The notes under the pieces: generated by a model
The model's input: only the letters and a program-made list of their open reading frames with translations
Databases searched by the model: none
Told to the model about the DNA's origin: nothing
Assembly: GCA_963768055.1 (NCBI GenBank)
Contig: CAVYGN010000002.1
Coordinates: 1,056,001 to 1,120,000, forward strand
Source: an uncultured Spirochaetota bacterium
Lineage (GTDB): Bacteria > Spirochaetota > Brevinematia > Brevinematales > JAOACQ01
DNA: 64,000 bases
Direction: 5' to 3'
Part shown: in pieces, positions 37,765 to 47,018 of the stretch
Position numbering within the stretch: the first letter of the stretch is position 1
Layout of the letters: each line of letters starts with the position of its first letter
Translations under genes and position numbers: made by a program

Positions 37765-39234
37765 CTACTTCAGCCTGACAAGCACCTCGTTTTCATCCCC
37801 GATTACCTGCGGCGTCTGTTCGAAAGCCCTGATTATATTCGCGCGTTCCGGGACCGTCTTATCCAGGTATTCCCTCATCTCGGCCAGGGTGATATATTTA
37901 TCCCCCTTCTTATCCGCTCCTCCGGAAAGGCCCTTCAGGAAATAGTAGGTGAAAAGCCCGTGCCCCATCTGGGGATACCACACCGAGTAGTCGGAGCCCG
38001 AAGTCGCCGCGTAGATCGATCCTATGTTTTCAGAGATCAGGGGATTATCCACCACCATATTGACCGGGGAAATATTTTCCACAAGCCTTCCGCCCCCCGA
38101 TTCGCCGCTGAAGCAGGATTCGAGGATCACGACCACATGTTTAACTCCGATCCCCTTGAGTCTGGCGATATTGGCGTATAAGAGCCTCAGGGGATATGCG
38201 GTTTGTTCCACATAATCCTTATTCATATCCACCGGAGCTATATATCCCTTGTGGTCCTTCAACCCGGGTATCCCGTGCCCGCTGTAATAAATATAGACCT
38301 TTGACGGCTTGTAAAGCTGGACGTTCCTGTAAATTATCGACCTTGACGGCTCGTTTTCAGTTCCAAAAAGCCCCAGCATATCGGCAAGGGTTATATTTTC
38401 TTTCATAACGATCTGCTCCGCGGGGATCCTGAAGGTGTTCTCGAAATAGAGTTTCATCACTCTCGCGTCCTGGAGGGCGTAATCAACAGCCGGAATGCCG
38501 TTCCTGTAGTCGCGGTTGCCTACCACCACGGCTATCGCATTATTCTGATCAGAATACCCTTTCGGTATCTTTGTGTCCACATCCACGCTGAGATTGGTTT
38601 CTTTTACGATATTTGTTCCGTCCTTTACTGAAAAGTTATCGGTTGTATTTAAATTTTTCTTTTCGCTTTCATTCTGGATCTGTTGCGCGTTCATAAATAA
38701 ATTTTGTATCTCCGGGTTTTTTCCTATAACAGCATAAGTTAAAGCCGTACTACCGGTATTATCCTTTATGTTGACATCGGCTTTAGCATTTATCAATGCT
38801 AAAGTTGTGGCCAGGTCCCCATTTTTAACAGCTAAAATCAAAGCCGTCTTGCCTTCATCATTCATCGCGTTGATTTCTGCCCCTGCCTTGATCAAAACCA
38901 ATACTGTCTTTAAATACCCATTGTCAGCCGCGTGCATCAATGCAGTCCAGCCTTTTCTATCCACTGCATTGACATCGGCCCCGGCTTCGATCAATGCTAT
39001 AATCGCTTCTGAGTTGTCTGTTTCTGATTCCGCTGCCGCTTCTATCAAAGCCGTAAAGCGGTTAGATCCATAATGCTTGTTAACATCACCCTTGTAATTT
39101 TTAATAAATTTTATATCGTCCCTTACTGCCGCATACCCTAAAGGATCTCTGGTTAACATTCTAACAAGACCGCATGAAGTAATAAGGGTGAAAGCCGGTA
39201 TTGCGAGCAGGATAAAAATCGACAGCTTTTTCAT
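37765..39234 (-). CDS. ankyrin-repeat + caspase-family (peptidase C14) lipoprotein, copy C
   Basis: LITSC lipobox, ankyrin repeats (G.TAL..A), YYSGHG and ILESCFSG dyad, HGLFTY, QTP. Confidence 0.88.
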   Translation of the reverse strand: MKKLSIFILLAIPAFTLITSCGLVRMLTRDPLGYAAVRDDIKFIKNYKGDVNKHYGSNRFTALIEAAAESETDNSEAIIALIEAGADVNAVDRKGWTALMHAADNGYLKTVLVLIKAGAEINAMNDEGKTALILAVKNGDLATTLALINAKADVNIKDNTGSTALTYAVIGKNPEIQNLFMNAQQIQNESEKKNLNTTDNFSVKDGTNIVKETNLSVDVDTKIPKGYSDQNNAIAVVVGNRDYRNGIPAVDYALQDARVMKLYFENTFRIPAEQIVMKENITLADMLGLFGTENEPSRSIIYRNVQLYKPSKVYIYYSGHGIPGLKDHKGYIAPVDMNKDYVEQTAYPLRLLYANIARLKGIGVKHVVVILESCFSGESGGGRLVENISPVNMVVDNPLISENIGSIYAATSGSDYSVWYPQMGHGLFTYYFLKGLSGGADKKGDKYITLAEMREYLDKTVPERANIIRAFEQTPQVIGDENEVLVRLK

Positions 39235-39275
39235 ATGACGATCCTCCTTTTTGAAAACGTTTGAGGATTTGATAT

Positions 39276-40931
39276 TTATCTCAGCCTTGCCAGGACCTCG
39301 TTTTCATCTCCGATAACCTGCGGGGTCTGTTCGAAAGCCCTGATAATATTCGCGCGTTCCGGGACCGTCTTGTCCAGGTATTCCCTCATCTCGGCCAGGG
39401 TGATATATTTATCACCCTTTTTATCCGCATATCCGCTCAGACCTTTCAGGAAATAGTAGGTAAACAGCCCATGCCCCATCTGGGGGTACCATACGGAGTA
39501 GTCGGAACCCGAAGTCGCCGCGTAGATCGATCCTATATTTTCCGAGATCAGGGGATTATCCACCACCATATTGACCGGAGAGATATTCTCCACCAGCCTG
39601 CCGCCGCCTGATTCGCCGCTGAAACAGGATTCGAGGATCACTACTATATGCTTAACTCCAATATTTTTGAGTCTGGCGATATTGGCGTATAACAGCCTCA
39701 GGGGATATGCCGTTTGTTCCACGTAATCCCTGTTCACATCTACAGGTGCTATATATCCCCTGTGGTCTTTAAGCCCCGGTATTCCGTGCCCGCTGTAGTA
39801 AATATAGACCTTTGACGGCTTGTAAAGCTGGACGTTCCTGTAAATTGTCGACCTTGACGGCTCGTTTTCAGTCCCGAAAAGCCCCAGCATATCGGCGAGG
39901 GTCATATTTTCTTTCATAAGGATCTGCTCCGCAGGGATCCTGAAAGTATTCTCAAAATAGAGTTTCATAACCCTTGCGTCCTGGAGGGCGTAATCAACAA
40001 CCGGAATGCCGTTCCTGTAGTCCCGGTTGCCTATAACAACGGCTATCGCGTTTTTCTGAACCGAATACCCCTTCGGTATTTTCGTGTCTACATCAGAGCT
40101 GAGATTGGTTTCTTTTACGATATTTGTTCCGTCCTTTACTGAAGAGTTGTTGGCTTTATTTAAATTTTTCTTTTTGCTCTCATTCTGGATCTGTTGTGCG
40201 TTTATTAATAAAAATACTATCTTGGCATTATTATTTTGAGTGGCGTATATTAAAGCCGTACTACCGGAATTATCCTTTATATTGACGTCAGCCCCTGCCA
40301 GTATCAATGAACTAACTTCTTCCGTTTGTTCTTTATTCTTAGCCGCATATATTAAAGCCGTACTACCGGAATTATCCTTTATATTGACATCAGCCCCTGC
40401 CAGTATCAATGAACTAACTTCTTCCGTTTGTTCTTTATTCTTAGCCGCATATATTAAAGCCGTACTGCCGGAATTATCCTTTATATTGACGTCAGCTATA
40501 TCGATTAATGCTAAAGTTACACTCGATTCCCCATTTTCAGCAGCTATCATCAAAGCCGTCTTGCCTTCATTATTCACCACGTTGATTTTGGCCCCCGCAA
40601 CAATTAAAATTGATACTGTGTTTATGTACCCTTTTTCAGAAGCGTGCATTAATGCTGTCCAGCCGTTTTTATCCACAGCATTGACATCGGCACCGGCCTC
40701 GATCAAAGCCTTAATCCCTTTCGTGCTTTCAGTGCCATCTGCAGCCTCTATCAAAGCTGTATAATCCTCAGGTCCATAATGCTTGTTGATATCACCCTTA
40801 TAAATTTTAATATACTCGATATTGCCCCTTACTGCTGCAAACCCTAAAGGAATTCTTGTCAACATACTACAAGAAGTAATTAACAGGAAAGGCTGGATTA
40901 CAAGCAGTATAAAAATAAGCAGCTTTTTCAC
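39276..40931 (-). CDS. ankyrin-repeat + caspase-family lipoprotein, copy B
   Basis: GTG start, LITSC lipobox, expanded ankyrin array, YYSGHG / ILESCFSG. Confidence 0.88.
   Translation of the reverse strand: MKKLLIFILLVIQPFLLITSCSMLTRIPLGFAAVRGNIEYIKIYKGDINKHYGPEDYTALIEAADGTESTKGIKALIEAGADVNAVDKNGWTALMHASEKGYINTVSILIVAGAKINVVNNEGKTALMIAAENGESSVTLALIDIADVNIKDNSGSTALIYAAKNKEQTEEVSSLILAGADVNIKDNSGSTALIYAAKNKEQTEEVSSLILAGADVNIKDNSGSTALIYATQNNNAKIVFLLINAQQIQNESKKKNLNKANNSSVKDGTNIVKETNLSSDVDTKIPKGYSVQKNAIAVVIGNRDYRNGIPVVDYALQDARVMKLYFENTFRIPAEQILMKENMTLADMLGLFGTENEPSRSTIYRNVQLYKPSKVYIYYSGHGIPGLKDHRGYIAPVDVNRDYVEQTAYPLRLLYANIARLKNIGVKHIVVILESCFSGESGGGRLVENISPVNMVVDNPLISENIGSIYAATSGSDYSVWYPQMGHGLFTYYFLKGLSGYADKKGDKYITLAEMREYLDKTVPERANIIRAFEQTPQVIGDENEVLARLR
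40246..40496. repeat. near-perfect 102-bp tandem repeat (about 2.5 copies) encoding a 34-aa ankyrin unit
   Basis: TATATTAAAGCCGTACT recurs at 40246, 40348 and 40450. Confidence 0.92.
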
Positions 40932-40972
40932 ATGATAATCCTCCTTTTTGAATACTTTTGAGGATTTGATAT

Positions 40973-42424
40973 TTATCTCAGCCTGACCAGTACTTCGTTT
41001 TCATCTCCGATTATCTGCGGCGTCTGTTCGAATGCCCGGATTATATTCGCGCGTTCGGGGACCGTCTTATCCAGGTATTCCCTCATCTCGGCCAGGGTGA
41101 TATTTTTATCCCCCCTTTTATCAGCATATCCGCTTAAGCCCTTCAGGAAATAGTAGGTGAAAAGCCCATGGCCCATCTGGGGATACCATACCGAGTAATC
41201 GGAACCAGAAGTCGCAGCGTAGATCGATCCTATGTTTTCCGAGATCAGGGGATTATCCACTACCATATTGACCGGTGAAATATTCTCCACCAGCCTGCCG
41301 CCGCCCGATTCGCCGCTGAAGCAGGATTCCAGGATCACGACTGCATGTTTAACTCCGATATCCTTGAGTCTTGCGATATTGGCGTATAAGAGCCTAAGGG
41401 GATATGCGGTTTGTTCCACATAATCCTTATTCATATCCACCGGAGCTATATATCCCTTGTGGTCCTTCAGCCCGGGTATCCCATGGCCGCTGTAGTAAAT
41501 ATAGACCCTGGTGGGTTTGTAAAGCTGGACGGTCCTGTAAATTGTAGCACTTGACGGCTCATTTTCAGTTCCGAAAAGCCCGAACGTATCGGCAAGGGTT
41601 ATATTTTCCTTGATAACAATATGCTCTGCGGGGATCCTGAAAGTAGTCTCAAAATAAAGTTTCATCACTCTCGCGTCCTGGAGCGCGTAATCCACTGCCG
41701 GAATGCCGTTCCTGTAGTCGCGGTTTCCTACCACCACGGCAATAGCGTTATTTTGGTCCGAATACCCTTTCGGTATCTTTGTGTCCACATCCACGCTGAG
41801 ATTGGGTTTGTTTACCATTTTCGTATCGTTGTGTAATGTGGAGTTGTCGCTTGTATTTTTGTTCTCATCCTGGATCTGTTGCGCATTCATTAATAAATTT
41901 TGTATCCCCGGATTTTTACCTATGACAGCATAAGTTAAAGCCGTACTGCCCGTATAATCCTTTATGTTGACATCGGCCTTAGCATTTATCAATGCTAAAG
42001 TTATGGCCAGGTCCCCATTTTTAACAGCTAAAATCAAAGCAGTCTGGCCTTCATGATCTATCGTGTTGATTTCGGCCCCAGCCTTGATCAAAACCAATAC
42101 TGGGTTTATGTACCCTTTGTCGGCTGCATGCATCAAAGCCGTCCAGACGTTTTTATCCACTGCATTAATATCGGCACCGTTATCGATCAATGCTTTAATC
42201 CCTTCTGTTTTGTCCGAGCTATCTGCAGCCTCTATCAAAGCTGTATAATCCTCAGGTCCATAATGCTTGTTGATATCACCCTTATAATTTTTAATATACT
42301 CGATATTGCCTCTGACTGCTGCATATCCTAAAGAATCTCTAGTCAACATATTATAAAGGCCGCATGAGGTACTTAGCGTGAGAGCCGGGATTGCTAGCAG
42401 GATAAAAATAAATAGTTTTTTCAT
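40973..42424 (-). CDS. ankyrin-repeat + caspase-family lipoprotein, copy A
   Basis: ATG 42424 with AAGGAGG RBS (MKKLFIF), LSTSC lipobox, YYSGHG / ILESCFSG. Confidence 0.88.
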   Translation of the reverse strand: MKKLFIFILLAIPALTLSTSCGLYNMLTRDSLGYAAVRGNIEYIKNYKGDINKHYGPEDYTALIEAADSSDKTEGIKALIDNGADINAVDKNVWTALMHAADKGYINPVLVLIKAGAEINTIDHEGQTALILAVKNGDLAITLALINAKADVNIKDYTGSTALTYAVIGKNPGIQNLLMNAQQIQDENKNTSDNSTLHNDTKMVNKPNLSVDVDTKIPKGYSDQNNAIAVVVGNRDYRNGIPAVDYALQDARVMKLYFETTFRIPAEHIVIKENITLADTFGLFGTENEPSSATIYRTVQLYKPTRVYIYYSGHGIPGLKDHKGYIAPVDMNKDYVEQTAYPLRLLYANIARLKDIGVKHAVVILESCFSGESGGGRLVENISPVNMVVDNPLISENIGSIYAATSGSDYSVWYPQMGHGLFTYYFLKGLSGYADKRGDKNITLAEMREYLDKTVPERANIIRAFEQTPQIIGDENEVLVRLR

Positions 42425-42600
42425 AAGACAATCCTCCTTTTTGAAAAAAGATTGAGGACATAATCTAATAAGTTTATCACGTTTCCGGATAACTTTCAAA
42501 TCGATTTTGCAGTACCAGCCGAACGGAATAAAAAATTGTCTTTTTTTTATCCTGCACTTTAGAATATGATCGGTTTAAAATCATATGAAAGGGTAGAATA

Positions 42601-43908
42601 ATGATCGAACGCATGAAATTCGAGGGCACGGCCGAACTAAGGATAGGTGACAGCACATACAACATCCCTGTTTACGAGGGGCCGAAAAAGGAAAAGACTC
42701 TGGTCATTACAGACCTCAGGAAAGAGTCGGGTTATATCTCTTACGATCCCGGCCTCGGCAATACGGGCATAACTACGAGCGATATTACTTTTGTCGACGG
42801 CGAGAAGGGAAAGCTCAGCCACAGGGGATACCCTATAGAGGAACTTGCTGAAAACTGCTCCTTTCTCGAGGTGGCGTATCTCCTGATATTCGGCAAGCTT
42901 CCCAATATCGAGGAAAGGAAGCATTTTTCACAGCTGATGAACCTGCACTCTCTTATTCATGAGGATATGCAGAGGTTTTTTCAGAATTATCCCGAAAGGG
43001 CCCATCCGATGGCCGTTCTTTCGGCAATGGTCGTTTCTCTTTCGACGTTTTATCCCGAGCTTGAAAAGGAAAACGATGGGGAAGCGATCGACATAACCGT
43101 AACCAGGCTTTTGTCTAAAATGAGGACTATCGCCGCGTTTTCATACAAGAAATCGATCGGCGAACCCTTTGTCAATCCGAGTTATAAATACAGCTACTGT
43201 GAAAATTTCCTGAATATGATGTTTTCGTCCCCTGTCAAGGCTTATAAACTCGACGAAGTCACGGAGCATGTGCTGAATATGTTCCTGATCCTGCATGCCG
43301 ATCATGAACAGAACTGTTCGACAACGGTTGTCCGGACAGTAGGCAGTTCGGGCGCCAACCTATACGCGTCTATCGCAGCCGGTATTTGCGCCCTCTGGGG
43401 TCCTCTCCATGGGGGGGCCAACCAGGAAGTGATCGAAATGCTTGAAAATATTTACAAGGGCGGGCTAAAACCCGATCAGGTGATAGAACAGGCCAAGCGT
43501 CGCGATTCGAAGGTAAGGCTCATGGGTTTCGGGCACAGGATCTATAAAACTTACGATCCGCGGGCTAAAATAGCGAAAGCGGCCTGCCGGAAATACCTTG
43601 ATTATTTGGGCATGAAGCATGACCCGCTGCTTGAAATAGCTATGGAGCTTGAAGAAAAAGCCCTTAACGACTCGTATTTCCAGGAAAAGTATTTATATCC
43701 TAATGTCGACTATTACACGGGCATTGTATACAGGGCGATGGGCATTCCGATCAATATGTTTACAGTTATGTTCGCCATCGGACGCCTTCCCGGATGGATT
43801 GCACACTGGCTTGAGATGAAAGCAGATCCCGAACAGAAACTGATGCGCCCGCGCCAGATTTATACCGGCGAAGACGACAGGCCGTTTGTTACTGTAAAGG
43901 AAAGATGA
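42601..43908 (+). CDS. gltA: citrate synthase
   Basis: LHADHEQNCST, GPLHGGAN, MGFGHR.YK.YDPR, YPNVDYY. Confidence 0.96.
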   Translation: MIERMKFEGTAELRIGDSTYNIPVYEGPKKEKTLVITDLRKESGYISYDPGLGNTGITTSDITFVDGEKGKLSHRGYPIEELAENCSFLEVAYLLIFGKLPNIEERKHFSQLMNLHSLIHEDMQRFFQNYPERAHPMAVLSAMVVSLSTFYPELEKENDGEAIDITVTRLLSKMRTIAAFSYKKSIGEPFVNPSYKYSYCENFLNMMFSSPVKAYKLDEVTEHVLNMFLILHADHEQNCSTTVVRTVGSSGANLYASIAAGICALWGPLHGGANQEVIEMLENIYKGGLKPDQVIEQAKRRDSKVRLMGFGHRIYKTYDPRAKIAKAACRKYLDYLGMKHDPLLEIAMELEEKALNDSYFQEKYLYPNVDYYTGIVYRAMGIPINMFTVMFAIGRLPGWIAHWLEMKADPEQKLMRPRQIYTGEDDRPFVTVKER

Positions 43909-43909
43909 A

Positions 43910-45670
43910 CTAATTCAGCCCTAATGAGTTAAGGAATGATCCCTTTAACTTTTCATGGGCGGCGTTTACACGTTCCATCAGGCCGCTGACATTTTCATTT
44001 CCCGATGATATCTTTCCAAAGGTGGTAAAATAAAATTTTATTTTCGGTTCCGTCCCTGAAGGCCGGCTGACGACCTTTGCGTTATCCGACAGCTTTAAAA
44101 TAACGACATCGGATTTCGGGAGCTCCCATTTCGGAATGGATTTTCCCGACTTTATGTTCATGGCCGTTCCGTTCAGAAGATCTATCATTTCAAGCACTTC
44201 ATAAGCCCCTATTTTTTTCGGTGATTCGCTCCTGAGTTTTTCCATCAGCGAATTTATCTGCCGGGCCCCGTCCTGCCCCTTGAGCGTAACGGATTTCTGG
44301 GATTCCCGGTAAAAACCGAACCTGGCGTAGATATCTTCAAGCACCTGGTAAGCGGAGATCCCTTTCGAATAATAATAAGCGACGAGTTCGGCAAAGAGGG
44401 ACCCGGAAATAACGGCGTCCTTGTCCCTGACGAATGTACCGGCGGAATACCCATGACTTTCCTCGCCTCCGAAAACATAGTTATAGCCGCTCTTTTCATA
44501 TTCCTTTAATTTGGCGCCTATCCATTTAAACCCCGTGAGGACCTCGTCTGTTTCTACGCCGTAAGCCCCGGCAATAGCCGATAGGGTGTCAGTAGTGACG
44601 ATGGTTTTGATAATCCTGGGGTTGGACGGCATTTTACCCGTCTCTTCGAGCTGGGAAATGATATAAAAAGCCAGGAGCGTGGCGATCTGATTTCCGTTTA
44701 GCAGCACATAATCATGCCCGCCTTTCTTCAGCATGGCGCCCAGGCGGTCGGCGTCCGGGTCGGTAGCTATGAAAACATCGGCCCCAGACGATTGGGCGTA
44801 TTTCATCCCTACTTCCATTGCAGCCGGTTCTTCAGGATTTGGGTAGGGAGCGGTAGGAAAAGTGCCGTCCGGTTTAGCCTGTTCTTCCACTATTTGAATG
44901 TTTGTAAATCCGAAATTTTTAAGGCTTTCAGGGACCAGCCTGTAGCCCGTACCGTAAAGTGGTGAGTAACATATTTTGACATTACAGGAAGAAATGATTT
45001 CAGGGTGGATGGAAAGGGATTTTATCTTTTCCAGATAGAAACTGTCCACAAGGCCGTCAGCCTTTGTAAAAAGAGCGCTTTTCCGGACATCTTCAACAGG
45101 CATAGTCTTGACCTGTTTAAGGGATGTAATTCTACGTACTTCCGATATTATTTCCGAATCATAAGGCGGGGTTATCTGGGCGCCGTCTTCCCAGACAACC
45201 TTGTAGCCGTTGTACTCCTTCGGATTATGCGAAGCGGTGATCATGACCCCTGAAATAGCGTTTAAATGACGGACCCCGAAAGAAACGGAAGGAGTAGGGT
45301 GAATGTCTTCAAAATAATATACCTTGATACCGTTAGCTATTAAAACCGATGCGGTCTCCAGGGCGAAAGAATCCGACATTAACCTCGAATCCCTTCCTAT
45401 CAGGACGCCGCGGTTTCCCGATCCTTTTTTAAGAATGTAATTGGAAAGCCCTTGCGTAGCTTTTCTGACTACGTATATATTCATCCGGTTTGAGCCTGCC
45501 CCGAGCGTCCCGCGGAGCCCGGCGGTCCCGAATTCAAGCTCGGTATAAAACCTGTCTGTCAGTTCTTTTTCGTCATTTTTATCGACGAGGCTGGAAATTT
45601 CCCTGCGGGTCTGTTCATCGTAATCCGGGCCTGTCCATTCGTTTATCCGCTGAGTAATAATTGCATCCAT
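43910..45670 (-). CDS. pgm: phosphoglucomutase/phosphomannomutase
   Basis: FGTAGLRG, ITASHNP, DPDADR, GEESHG, RPSGTEPKIK. Confidence 0.9.
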   Translation of the reverse strand: MDAIITQRINEWTGPDYDEQTRREISSLVDKNDEKELTDRFYTELEFGTAGLRGTLGAGSNRMNIYVVRKATQGLSNYILKKGSGNRGVLIGRDSRLMSDSFALETASVLIANGIKVYYFEDIHPTPSVSFGVRHLNAISGVMITASHNPKEYNGYKVVWEDGAQITPPYDSEIISEVRRITSLKQVKTMPVEDVRKSALFTKADGLVDSFYLEKIKSLSIHPEIISSCNVKICYSPLYGTGYRLVPESLKNFGFTNIQIVEEQAKPDGTFPTAPYPNPEEPAAMEVGMKYAQSSGADVFIATDPDADRLGAMLKKGGHDYVLLNGNQIATLLAFYIISQLEETGKMPSNPRIIKTIVTTDTLSAIAGAYGVETDEVLTGFKWIGAKLKEYEKSGYNYVFGGEESHGYSAGTFVRDKDAVISGSLFAELVAYYYSKGISAYQVLEDIYARFGFYRESQKSVTLKGQDGARQINSLMEKLRSESPKKIGAYEVLEMIDLLNGTAMNIKSGKSIPKWELPKSDVVILKLSDNAKVVSRPSGTEPKIKFYFTTFGKISSGNENVSGLMERVNAAHEKLKGSFLNSLGLN

Positions 45671-45691
45671 GATACCCTCCTTAGGATTGTT

Positions 45692-46993
45692 TTACCTGAT
45701 AATAACCGTTAATTCCGCATTAGTATTCGTGCTCCCTGAAATTTCGAAAGATCCCGACATACCTCCCGATTGGATCTTATACGAACCTAAAAAGCCCCTG
45801 AAAACTGCATGTCCCTTAATATCGGTAGTTTCTTTAAGGGGTCCGGTCCGCCATTCCTCCCTGATCATTTTTCTAAGGACATTATAAGCGGGTTTGGGTG
45901 TCATATCTTTACGTAAAAGCCCTGACGGGGCCCCCATCCATACCCCTGTGCCGGAATTATAATAATCCGATAAATCCCACCAGGTAATAGCCTCGACAGA
46001 GGGAAGGGAAAAGAGGAGCCTGTATATTCTTTCAACCTGCTCGGCCTGGTATTTTTCTCCCTCGGGAGTGCTGTCCCATCCGGGGTGATAGCTGAACCAA
46101 TCGTCATCGGTTTTAAGATGTCCGGAAAGGATCGTCATCTCTGTAAAATGGATGGGAATGTTATATCGGCTTAATCTATCGACTATATCAAGGATCTGGC
46201 TGTCCGGCCATGCACCTTTATGCATATGGGATTGTATGCCTATCGCGTCGGGAGGGAAGCCCAATTCTTTAAGCACATTGATTTCCGCTGCGTACACCTG
46301 AGTAGTATTATAATCGTTAATAAGCAGCATAGCCCCGGGATTGGCATCGCGGGCCCATGAAAAGGCCCTTCGGGCGGCTTCGACCGGGCCGATCTCCTTT
46401 TCCCATCTGCCTACGCAGTTTTCCTGTTTGGGACCGTCCAGGCTTTCGTTTATAACATCGAAACTATCGATAAGGCCTTTATATTTTCCGACAATATCGG
46501 CGACCCGCTTTTCCAGGATAGAATCCGTTTGCGTAATGTCATAATCGGCCCATACCGGCAGAACATAATGCCAGATCAGGGGGTGTCCCTTCGTGCGGAT
46601 TCCATTTGTGCGGCACCAGAGGGCGATATTAGAAATCATGGCGTCGTCTTTTCTATCCTTTACATATTCATAACTTCCCCAGTAAAAAGGGAGGGTCGCG
46701 TAATTAAAAAGACCCGCAAAATAATCCCTGTATAACTTTTGCTTTTCCGGATTGTCCGGCAGTGATCCCCAGAGAAAGATATTGCATCCGAATAGAAATT
46801 TCTGGCTTGTCTGTTCAATCATAACTTCCGCTGAGGAAATTGCAGTGCCGTCTTCATCTTTAACTGTCAGGGTTACAACTTGTGTCCTGTATTTGAGGAT
46901 CCTCCGGTCAATTTCCTCTTTCGAGTCAGGGAAGATTATATTGAAGGATGTAAAAAAGACAAGAACAGATAGAATCGAGTGAAATTTAAGCAT
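45692..46993 (-). CDS. secreted GH10 endo-xylanase-like glycoside hydrolase
   Basis: KGHPLIWH, DVINE, INDYN, IGIQSH, IHFTE; signal peptide after ATG 46993. Confidence 0.85.
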   Translation of the reverse strand: MLKFHSILSVLVFFTSFNIIFPDSKEEIDRRILKYRTQVVTLTVKDEDGTAISSAEVMIEQTSQKFLFGCNIFLWGSLPDNPEKQKLYRDYFAGLFNYATLPFYWGSYEYVKDRKDDAMISNIALWCRTNGIRTKGHPLIWHYVLPVWADYDITQTDSILEKRVADIVGKYKGLIDSFDVINESLDGPKQENCVGRWEKEIGPVEAARRAFSWARDANPGAMLLINDYNTTQVYAAEINVLKELGFPPDAIGIQSHMHKGAWPDSQILDIVDRLSRYNIPIHFTEMTILSGHLKTDDDWFSYHPGWDSTPEGEKYQAEQVERIYRLLFSLPSVEAITWWDLSDYYNSGTGVWMGAPSGLLRKDMTPKPAYNVLRKMIREEWRTGPLKETTDIKGHAVFRGFLGSYKIQSGGMSGSFEISGSTNTNAELTVIIR

Positions 46994-47018
46994 ATAATCC
47001 TCCGGATTATCATGACTT

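Noticed and set aside
40240..40764. 174-aa repetitive plus-strand ORF (also 38768-39073, 42063-42248)
   Set aside because: Antisense shadows of the ankyrin repeats
37765..42424. Diversity-generating retroelement explanation for the paralogue variation
   Set aside because: No reverse transcriptase, and differences are not adenine-specific
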